DNA from: an uncultured virus (IMG/VR IMGVR_UViG_3300008110_000081)
Lineage: Duplodnaviria; Heunggongvirae; Uroviricota; Caudoviricetes
Direction: 5' to 3' (one strand)
Virus record (IMG/VR): IMGVR_UViG_3300008110_000081
Length of the DNA: 64,000 nt
The notes under the pieces were generated by a model. That model searched no databases. It was not told the origin of the DNA and saw nothing but the letters and a program-made list of their open reading frames with translations. Shown in pieces: positions 1 to 12,000 of the stretch (within the stretch, counting starts at the first letter, position 1; each line of letters begins with the position of its first letter). The position numbers were made by a program, and so were the translations under genes.

Positions 1-2
1 CC

Positions 3-3000
3 ACTGCCTGAAGTACCAATTGGTAAAATAATATCAGGTTTAGTACTTGTAGAAGCTTGTGGTTGCTTACTTTCAACAGGCTCTACAGTTGGAGCTACGT
101 CACCAGGAGCGACAAGGCCATCACGTATGATTGGTGTACCTAACTCATGACTAGTAGATACATATACCTTTTCAGAAGCTCTTGACATTGCAACATACTT
201 AAGTTGTTGACGTGTTTCTGGATCTCTATGACTATCAATAGTATCAGCAAGTATTAGTACTTTGTTATAGGTTCCTCCCTGTGACTTGTGGATAGTGTGA
301 GCATAACCATAGTCTAAAGTCTTTTTAACTTTTACTTTGTTGTTATCAGATACTAGATCTTTCATAAATGCAAGACTAGACTGAAGTTCATTTGCCTCAG
401 CAAAAAGTTGAGCAGAAGCACTAAACTGTCCGCGATTTCTAAAATCTTCAGCTTGTTTATTTAAACGGTCAATCTCATTCATGAAATCTTTTAACTTCTC
501 ATCTGACTCATTATTGCTTACAATAAATACACTCTTAGCAGACTCTTCTGGATCTAATACATTCTTAAGTCTAACTTGAAAACCATTAAAGCTGATTGTC
601 TTGTTACCTACAGGTAATGTTTTTACAGACTCCTCAATGCTATCAACTATATAGTCACCACTGTTTATAATCAATGGTTGCTTGGTCTTATAATCTATAT
701 CAAAGTTATTATTACCCATCAATAAATCACCTTTCACAAGTTGTTTATCAGCTTCATCACCGTAAAGTAACTCTCTTACTCTTCTGTTAATACCTGGAAG
801 AACAGCATTGGTTGCAGATAGAATTCTAAAATAAAGCTTGTTATCTTTAAACTCATCACTTGTGTAGTTTTCTCCAATTATTCTGTTTGTGAAATTAGCT
901 TCATCAGAGTATTCAACACCTTGCTCCCCAATCATTTTAGTCTGGTAATTAAAATCTTTACCATTTCTCAAGTTGGTCGCTTCTTCTAATATAGGATTGT
1001 CACCTGTTCTTTCAACTTTGGTAAGTTGTAACTGTGTTCCTTTCTCAAAAGTTTTAGACAAGTCTTTTTGCTTAACAGGTTTTAACTGAGCTGGATCACC
1101 CATGTAAATAATCTTAAGATTAAGAATCTGTTTAAACTTCTCTAAGAAATCATAAAGCGCGTCATTAACCATTGATGCTTCATCAACAATTAAGATATCA
1201 CCCTTTTGAACTTTAGCGTTTTTATTAAGCTTGCCATCTTTATCAAATGCTGCAAAATTCAAATCTCTTAAATCATAATCACCATCTTCAAATTTGATTT
1301 GACCTTTTAAACCAAACAATTTATGTAAAGTATATACTGCAGCTTTAGGATTCTTCATCTTAGTTACAGCATTAGCTCTGTGTGTTGGAGAACTGTATAG
1401 AGGTTTAACAAATTTCTTTTTTAAATAGTTATCAAAGATTGTGATGATACTAGTCTTACCTGTACCGGCATAACCAAGCAAGGTAATTTGATTATCATAC
1501 TCTCCTGGCTTGTTATAAAAATTCTCAAGAGATAACAACGCTTTCTCCTGTTGCTCATTAAGTTTGAATGGCGTATCAATAATAGTTCCGTCAGCAAATT
1601 TAAAAGTATTCTGAGCAGGTTGAGTAATGTTTTGTTGATCAGCATTTTTGTTAGAACTTTGACTTTGTACCTTAGCCATTATTTCTCTTTTAACACCATT
1701 CTCATCAGGCCAGTTCATTTTGTTATTGCTTACTTGAGATATAATAGCATTATTGTGTAATGGACTTACCCAGTACTTAACATCTCTATTGGTTAGAGAA
1801 ATAGGTTTATCCATAAGTAATGCAAAGTTGCTAGGACTAACTGCTAGTTTACTACCTATGTCAGGATTATAAAGTTGCCATGTTCCATTATCAAGCTTTT
1901 TAGTCACAATGTAATTATCACCTTTGTATTCAGCATATACTCCCACTTCTAGTTTAGGACCTGAAACAAGGTTATTAATGATTTTTTCCTGTTGTTTAAT
2001 CTCAGCTTTCATTCTTTCAGCTTCTTCTATTGAGATATCAGTTATAAGTGCGCTGTTTGGTATATTACCACTTATCATTTCATAACTCTTTTTAACAGGG
2101 AATGCAATAAGATTACTGTGTGTAGATAGGGAAGCATCAAATGCAGCCTCACCTTTTGTACCTTGACCAGCCGTAGTTCCATCAGTACCATTAAAGATAA
2201 TTACTTCTGTAGGTCTGCTTTCAAGTATGTCAGCAGCTTGAGTCATAGTTATAGCTTGCATAGTATCTTCTTTATTAAGGCTAAACTCATTAGCATGATA
2301 AAGTTTGTTACCAGCATTGTCAAGATAAAAATTATCTATTCTTGATTTTTTTTCGTTAAACATTAATTCTTTGGCACTTCCAACAGGATTGTCAACAACT
2401 TTATTTTTATCTGCAGCCATATCAAATTCAGGCACTGTGTAATCACGGTATGATGTTGAACCAGCTCTACTATTGATAGCTTTAAACTTTGTATAGTAAC
2501 GTTCAAAGGTAAGCTCATTCATGTTCTTCATAAAGTCACCCATGTATTCACTCATCATTGCAGTAAACATCTCTTGAGGAACTACTCTTGTTAATGAGAA
2601 TCTTCCACTAGTATTTAAACCTGATTGTAAAAACGCATATAGACCAAACTTGTTAAAGAATTCAGCAATACGAGTTCTCTCTTGAGCAGACTTAACATTG
2701 ATTCTTAACTTAGTAGGATCAGACATGTCTTTTAAGTTCTGATGTAACAAGTTCAACTTAGTACCATCTAAAAGAGAATCCAGTAATTGTAAGTTACCAA
2801 TACGGTTGGAATTGTTTTTATCATTACGGATTGTACCTGTAAGTATATTCATTAAGCTGTAGTTTTTTCTAAGCTCTGGATATAATGCAGCAATCTCATT
2901 AAATTGATCAGCCATAGAGGTACGACTTTGGAACATCTTCCAAGTGTTATAAGTATTCTCTAAAGCCATGTCACGTAGAGTCTCTTCATAAACTTCAGTA

Positions 3001-6000
3001 TTAATACGAGCTTCTCTCTTCTGTTTTGATTCACCTTCAAAAGTTGGCCCAGATTCTAATGCGTCTTTCAATTTGCGGGAAACATCAGCACGTTCTAATA
3101 ATACTGACCATTTTGTTTTACCAGGATACATAGCTCTTAATAACTCTCTCTCAATTACAAATTTGTAATAGGTATCAGGTGTAGGGAACGCTGCAGCATC
3201 AACATCAGCCGGTTTAATTATTGTACCGTCAGGAAGAAGGGTTGCAGTTTCTAAGCTTGTGCTGTTAGATAGTTTTGCAAAGTCTTGTCTCAACTTTACT
3301 TTATCCATATAAACAGTCAGTGCTCCCGTTTTATCCGGAGCTACAAACACACCATACTTAATACTAGGTGCTAACTTAACACCAAGAGTATCCTGAATTA
3401 CAAGACCTTTATAATCTTTAACCTTATCTATATCAAATTTGCGTATCTGATTTTGGAATAAAAAGCTTATCCAGTCATTTCTCAAGTTGTTTACAAATCT
3501 CTCATCATCACCAAAGGTTTCATCAACCTCATCTTTAAAGCCCATTTGTCTAGTCTTATTCAAGATCCACTTGTTAAGATCATCGTCATTTCTCAACTTA
3601 AATAGATTTTTCCATAAACCAATTTGAAAGTCTTGTGTAAAAAAGCTGCCTATTGGAGATTCCTCTTGGATAAGTTTTACAATTTCTGCTGGTAATTTAC
3701 CATCAGTTTGTAAATCTTTAATGATCTCATTTTTATTTTGAGCTTGAAAGATGTTGTTTGTTTTAGTTGTATCAACATTTAAAGCCATTTTAAACTTAGT
3801 TGCTGAATTAGTCATCTCTTCTACTTCAAGGAAGTGTAAGAATATAGCCTCATCTTTAACGTCATAATTGTAATTCAATGGAGCTTCTGAATCTGATGAT
3901 TCTTGTTGCTCTTTAACAGCATTAGCGTAAGCATCAATTTTATTTTTTAAATTAGCTTCAACTTTATCAGGATTAAAGAAATCAATCTCAGATCCTGTTT
4001 TCTTATCAGTAAGTTCTAAGGTACGTTTATCTAAAAACTCTTGCTTCTTCTCATTATTCTCATTAAAGACAGCCATTTGAGATGCGTCATAACCTAGTTT
4101 TTTAAAGATTACTTTACGCGCTTCACCTCTAAACAAGTTAGGATTATCAGTTCCTTTACCCATAGGTCCAGCAAATGTGCTTTTAGCTTGCTGCATTTCT
4201 TTTACATACTCTCTGATAATAGGTTGAGATACAAAATACACAGCTTGTTTTAAAGGTACACCAGCTTGAACTAAAAATAATAAAGATGGTGATATCTCTT
4301 TGTTCCCTTGTAAGTTAAAGATCCAAGCATCCTTAGCAATATCCACCCAGCCATTAATAAGCTGACCAATTATTGAAGATATACTGTTATCATTATTAAC
4401 ATCCATCAAGTGAGATAATGAAATTACATCACGGCCTTGATCATCTTGTAAAGTATTGTGATTAAATAATAAATCCAAACGTCTTTTAACATTCCTGCTA
4501 CCCCAATACTCGTAGTTCATTCTAGCACCAATACGGTTAAACACTGTATTAAAAGTATTATCTACAGCACCAAGACCTAAAGTTTGTTTACCAATACTGT
4601 TTGATGTATGCTTATACATGTTGTACGGAATCTCAAACAAACGGGTACCCGCAATACGAGAACTATTAGGTGCATCATATAAACGCTTCTTAGGATTATA
4701 ATCCATAACCTTAGATGAAAGCTCATCAGCAAGAGGCTTAACAATATCAGTACCATTAGGACGTACAAGACTCACGTAGTTCTCTTTAAGAGACAATATG
4801 TTTTTCATATCATCTAATATTCTGTTCTCAAGACCCTCTTCAGTTTTACTGTCAAATGGAAACTTTACATTTTTATCAGAGTTTTCAGCTAGTATTCTTA
4901 ATACAGCTTGATCTTCAACAGATAGTTCATCTGCTTTTCTGTTATCAATAACACGTTTAACATTCTCTGCTGATAGATCTAGGGTAGTAGATTTTTGTAA
5001 CTCTTCACGTTTACCAGATCCTTCTTCTAACCAGCTAGCCCAATTTATACCGGAGGAAATGTTAGGCATCATGAATGTGATCTTATCAATATCAAAGTCA
5101 CCACCAGATTTAGCTACAATCTCAGAAGGAAGTATAACAATGTTACCAGCTTCTCTAGGTAAGAACTCATAAACCTCAGCAAACTCCATAGAGTTATTCT
5201 CTTGAGTAGGAATACGTGGTCCAGTGATGCTAACCATTTTACGGTGATCACCTATATCTAACCAAGACTCATCTTTAAGCAGTTGATTTAATCTTTCAAT
5301 AGTACCAATCTCTTTACCATCTTTATCTTTCAAGTAAAGCAAGTTCTCAAAGCTACCTTGTAAAGCAATCTTAACTTTCATTGCTGAGGTTGTTCCATTT
5401 GGCCCACCTTTTCTTTTATAAAAAGCTAATCCATTAGTACCGTACTTAGCCTTTTCTTCATCAGTAAGTTTGCCGCGCAGAGTATCTTCAAAACCAGCAC
5501 CTGATACTTGGATCAGACCTTCCCCTTTAAACTTCTGTTTGACAAGACGTTTAACTACAATAGAGTTTAAGATCTTCTCAATCTTCTCTGCAGATAATGA
5601 ATAAGATAAATCATGAGCAAGTGTATTGTTTGTTCCTGATTTAATAAATCCTATCTCATGCTCAGCTAAGTCTTGTCTGTCTAATTCTTTTATAATGAAC
5701 TCAGCAAGTTTTTCATTGAATATAACATTACCATCTTCATCACGTTTAATGCTAGCTTCAGCCTCAAGCTTTTTCATCTTAAGCTTAGTTAAATCAGAAA
5801 GATCTTTCTCATAGTTTTTAACAAGTCTATAAAACTGAGAATTTTCTAATTTTTTTTCTAGAGAAAGTGATCTCCAAAGTTTTTCTCTTTGCTTAACAGG
5901 CAAGTGCATTTCATAATCTGTAGGTACACCAGCTTCCATTAAACCATTCTCAATTAACTTACGCATTTGAGTTGGGAATGTAACCTTACCTTTAAAGTAT

Positions 6001-9000
6001 GGAGCTATCTCTAATTGCTTTTTTAAGAATTGTAAGAACACAGTATTAGGTACCATATCTCCTGTAGCATCTACTGTTCTATCTTGACCATCAACACTAG
6101 AATAAAATTTATCTTTATCAGCTTTACCATCAGCGTTGATTCTTGTAAAGTTTGATATCTTAGATCCTGACTCAAACATAGCAAAGTCAATACCTTTTTC
6201 CATCATCCGTGTATGTAAAGCACCTAGATTTTTACCTTTAACTACATTAGGTATTAATGGGAATAAAGAAAACTTATAAAAAGCTGTTAACGGCGGGCCG
6301 TCAATAGCTTTACCATCTTTGTCTTTATGTTGGACAGGGCCCCAGTACTGATACTTTTTAGTAGGGAAGAAGTTAAGCACTTCACTGTAATCAACAGGTT
6401 CTTCATTTATGATTTTATTATAAAGTTTTTCTTGAGCTGGTGTCCATGATCCTTCTAATATTGCAGTAGCTTTGTAAAAGTCAAAAGTAATCCAGCCTTG
6501 AGCATCACCTTCATTCATCTCAGTAAAAGCATATACACTACCATTTTTAAATGGCTCATCTATTGTACCTAGCTTACCTGTTTCTTTTCCTTCCTTGTCA
6601 ACTTCAAAACCTAAAACTTTCTTAATAGCTTTTTCTCTGCTACCTAGTTTTTTTTCTTCAGAGTCTATTAAAGCATTAGCAATGTCTTCAAAGTACTCAG
6701 AACGTATATTGTTATCTTCAAGTATAGCTGACTGGAATGAACCATCACTAGCTAATTTCTTTGTTTGACCATCCTTGCCAAAGATTTTCATTTTCTCGGC
6801 ATATGTATTTGACCGACCAGGAATATTAGATAACCGGCTTTTATTATTTACATACTCAATAAATACTGGATCACTTGCAATTAATCCACCAGTAGAACCA
6901 GCACCTGCATTACGCTTATGGAACTCTTCTTTTTCTAATTTGTATTGTGCAATGTCTCCATAGATAACAGCCATTGACTCAATATTGTGTATCCAGCTGT
7001 TTACAACAAAAGATTTTATTAAAGCATTTTTAACAGTTTTATTAGTTACGTTTGCTTTATTAGCTTTATTAGCATCAGTTGCTGTTTTAACCATTAAACT
7101 CTTACTAATATAATTAGCACTGTTCATCATCCTACCAACTTGTTTGGATTGATTATCAAAGTACTTGGCTATTTCTCTATCAATATCATTACTAATATCT
7201 GGATCAACTGCTGCAGCTTCTGCTAAAGTAGGATAATTAGATAAGAATGCACGTGTCTTAGGACTAAGTACATCTTCAAAAATCACAAAGTTTTGACCCT
7301 CCTTTAAATATTTAGCGTCATATATTAAATCCTTTTGATCTTTAAGAGCTTTTAACTTAGTTATCCTTTGCATCTCAGCATCAATATATTTTTTTAAAAC
7401 ACGTGATGCATTACCATAACCCGGCACGTATTGACTACCATTATCTAAAGGCTGATTAATAAAATCAATTGTATCTACATAAGATTTATTATCTGATGAT
7501 CCTGGCGTTATTATATCACTTAACCATAAAGAGAAGGAAGTACCCTTATCAGCATGACGCATTAACTCTGGACGACCTATCACATTACTCACGTGAAAGT
7601 CAAGAATTAATTTTGTAAATTCATCAGCACTTGCTGAGGCAACACCTTCATCTCTCTTATCACTTACAATTGACACACCAGATAGATTAGACATGTTGAT
7701 TGCAGCCTTAAGATTGATATCAGATTTTTGATCACGCTTAACCCCAACCTCAGTAGTACTGCCTTTCTTATATTCATCCATTTTATATATGGAATTCAAC
7801 CAGACAGAAGCTTTTGCAAACGGGTTCTTATCAATATCTAAGTGAGCCATAAAAGGTTTACTAATTAGATCAGCATAATCTTTTGAACTGTTTATGGCAC
7901 TGATCATAATACTTATACTGTTGTGTAAGCTTTGTTCAAATTGGATATTACCTTCAGCATTATTTACAGCATAGTTAGACGCGTAGTCTGCAAATTTAAC
8001 TTCTTCATTAGCTAGGTCAGTTAATGTTGTTTCAGAACTTAAAGCCGCAATCTTATCAACAGCTGGATACTCTTTAAATATGTCTTTAAGATTATAAATC
8101 TTATCAGTACCTCTGTTTAAGATATTGTTTAATCTATCAAATATCCTAGTGGCTTTACCTTTACCTTTATTAACTATATCTCTTAGTTCATCAGAATCAC
8201 TAAGCTCTATACCAATTGCTCTAAAAAACTCATAAGAATTTTTAGCATCTTCAAAAATATATTTACCAGTACGGTCTTTTACACCAAACTGTTCAATTAC
8301 TTTTTTCACATCAAGATAAATCTCATTAGCTTTTTGAGGATCTCTCTTTCTATAATCAGAAGTTACTGTACTAAATGTATTTGTCCAACGTGTTTGAGCT
8401 ATACGAGACACTGAGTTATTAGATCCAATCTTGATTGAGTACTCATCAAGCTCACGACCCTCAATATCTTTTTCTCTAAACACAGTCATCTGCATTAAAG
8501 GAATCTCAGCTTTGTTAAACACGGTCCAGAACTTAATCCATAAATCTGTTTCAGCTGCTGTGTGAGTTTTAACAGGTCCTAATTTTTTTAACAGGTCTGC
8601 GATAATAGGATCTTTACCTGCTGCAGCTTGTAATTTTTCATACATCTCTGAAGCACTCATTGTACCTTTAAGTGTTCTAGATATTCTATTCCATACAATA
8701 GAAGGATCACTAAGCTCTTGAATACCAAAACTGTTCATAACAGGCTTTGTACCTTCCCACTTGTGAATTGTACTTAGTACATACTTAACCTCAGGCGGTG
8801 CCATATCATATGAACCAACATCATTACCTGGTCTGTCAAACTTTTCACTAGCTTTTATTAAAGCATCAACTTCACTAACCTCGTCAAGTAACTCTGCTCT
8901 ATCCTCCTCTGTCAACAACCTGGATGTTTTTAAGTGGTAACCTATTACATCTTTGCCATCTTTGTTATTTGCTAAGTTTGTAAGATCACCAAAGTTATTA

Positions 9001-12000
9001 ATTGCCCATTGTATACCTGTAATATCTTGTTCAAGAGCTATAACTTCATACTCATTATCCGGCTTAGCTTTTGCAGCAGCTAAATCTCTATTCAAATTAG
9101 ACAATACCTCATTTTCAAAAATAGATTTAATATACTTATAAACTTCAAGAGCTCTTGTTTTATCTTTCATCAAGGTAGTTGTGTAACTATATACTTGTCT
9201 ATGTACTCTTGTATCTTCTTTTAAATTTCTTGTATTAGTATATGAAGATATGATTGAGTTAACACTACTCATTATTTTATTAGTAGTCTCAAAATCAAGC
9301 TCAGGCATGTTTTCATCATTCTTACTAGCAATCATAGCATGATCTAAAGCACCTATAGTCTTATCTCTATTCTCAACATTGAAGTTGTATCCAGAAAGAT
9401 TACCAAGCTTTAAGTTCTCATACATTGCTTGTATTTTAGGAATACCTAGTGGACTATAATTAACATCATTGATGTTTACACCGGAGAAAAGCTCCTTCAA
9501 GAAGTTCATGATTCTTGTAAAGATACCGTTCTTAGTTGATGACGTTTTGTCTTTGATCTTACCGCCAGACATCATGTATGCTCTAAAGTCTTCAGCTAAA
9601 TATTCTTCTAGTTGTTTCCATTTAGCATCAGCAAAAGCTACGCGCTTACCATTGTAGTCTGTAAAAGAACCTTTTTTCTTACGCGCTTCTTCATACATTG
9701 CTTCTCTCTCTTCAGGTGTAAGGAATGTCTGAGTAAATCCGTGCCATGCTTCATGGTATAAATCCGTATAGTCACCGCTAACATCTGGGTTATTAAAGTA
9801 TCTAAATAGTGTAATACCATTAACGGCCCACCTAGCAGCTGGTCCAGGTTTTTGCGCATTCAATGCAGCTAGTACAACTTTGAATGGAAAGTGTTCTTTT
9901 AATGGACTTTTAGCATACCACTCTGCAGCAGCATCTAATTGTTCTTTAGAACCACGAGCACCTGATAACTTTAACCTTGAATTTCTTTCAAAGTCAGATT
10001 CATTACTCATGTCATTAAGGCTATTTAATATATCCTCTGGAGATAATGATGCTGTAGTCTTTGTAGTTAATGGTTCAATAGTTGGCTCAGCCGGTTTAGT
10101 CTCTGCAGCTTTTGGTTCTGCTGGTGCAAACTTTAATAAAGGGCTTATTTTTTTATCATAGTCTTCCCAAATCTTTTCATACTTCTCCCGTTCTTCCGTA
10201 GTTGGAATTAAGAAAGGATTTACTTTACCATCTACTTTATAAGCATCTATGTTAGGTATTTCTCTTTTTAGTAACTCTTGCTCTTCTGCTCTTAATCTAG
10301 CAATTTCTTCTTGGTTATCTACAGCTCCTGAGTTTTTTTCTCCTCCTGCCAACTTAATCATAGACTCAGCAGTAGGTGAAAAAGTAACTGATGAATTTAC
10401 AACCTCAATCTTTCCTTTCTCATCTGTGTTATTATAGTTGTAAGGAACAGCATTAGTTGTGAAATTATTTTTAAGAAAGTCTTTGTATGATGCATTTTTT
10501 GTATTTAAAATAACTTTATCACCCTCTTGTGTAAAAGAGATTTCATCATAGCCTGGCTCAATAAGTTTGTCAACAATAACAATTGATGGTACATTTGCAT
10601 GAAAATAATCATACTCAGGTTGTCCATTAGTTCCTACAAAATCATAATTAGTACCTTTTTGTATTGCATACACACCAGGTTTATTAACTCTTTCTAAATC
10701 ATTAGGCTTTATAGTTTTTATACCATTCTCATCAGTTTCATACTCAGCATATACAATTTGAGTATTTAAAGCACTAGCAGCTTTCAATGCTTTTGGTTTA
10801 GTATTAATTGATTTGTCTTCAGGATATCTACCGTTCTCATCATAAACAATCATGCCTGTACTTAACTGTTTTCTTATAGCAGCAGCTGCAGCTTCTTGAC
10901 CAGACTTAGATCCATCAAACTTTAAAGGGTAACGTGTTCCGTCAACCATTATGTTTATAGTACCATCTTTATCTTCATAATTAATAGTACCACTTTTTCT
11001 ATCTGCCATGAAATACACATGGTGTAAATCATTCACAATAAACTGATTAATCAGTTCTTCTCTTCTACCAATAGGAACAGGCTGTAGCACACCGTTAATA
11101 GTCATCCACAAATCTTTTGTGAATAAATCAATAACACTGTTAAGAATGTCATCTTGTTGTACTAAAGGTTTTTTATTAATAGATATTGGCTCATCAATAT
11201 TTGGATAATCAAAATAAACACCAGACTGATATACATTAGATGTTGCTGATTGAATTTCTTTTATAACACGTGGTTGGAAACCTTGTTCAAAATTAATATC
11301 TTTAAGTGGCGTTGTTACATAAGGTGAGTATGGAACAAACCCTTCAGAAGTACCTGTCATTACAGACAATAAAAATTTATCAGGGTTACTAGAATTAGCT
11401 ATAACATAATCACGCATCTTTTCTAGTACAGCATACTCTTTTTTTAATTCATCAGTAGCTCTATTTTTAAGTTCTTCATTTTCCTTATCCGTTAACTTTT
11501 TAGTGCCATACAGAGGATTATAGCTTTTAGCCATCATCTCAAGCTGCTCTTGAATACTTTTAGCAATTACTTTTACTGCCTCACTACCAGTTTTTTTAGA
11601 TATAGCACTGCTGTAATAAGGATCATTATTTACATTTTTATTAATGTATTTTTCTAAAGCCTCTTTATCTTCATGACTTATGTAATTACCTTTAGCGTCC
11701 ATTGGAGCTTTACTCTTAGCTCTTAAGTAAGAGAGTTGACCATCTTTAACTACGGTTCCTTCTGGATCAAATTGTATAGGCACACCTGCTTCATTGGTAA
11801 GGACCATGTAAATATCATACTTAGATAAGAATGGTGTCCAACCTTTTTCAGTTTTAGGAATCAATGGTGCATAATTTAATCTTAAGGTATCACCGTTCAT
11901 AGCTCTTAAGTACACACCACCTTCAACACCATCAAGTTTCATCTCAGAACTGTCATTGATACCTTGTTCAAATAAAGCTTGGTTAATCTTTTTCTGTACT

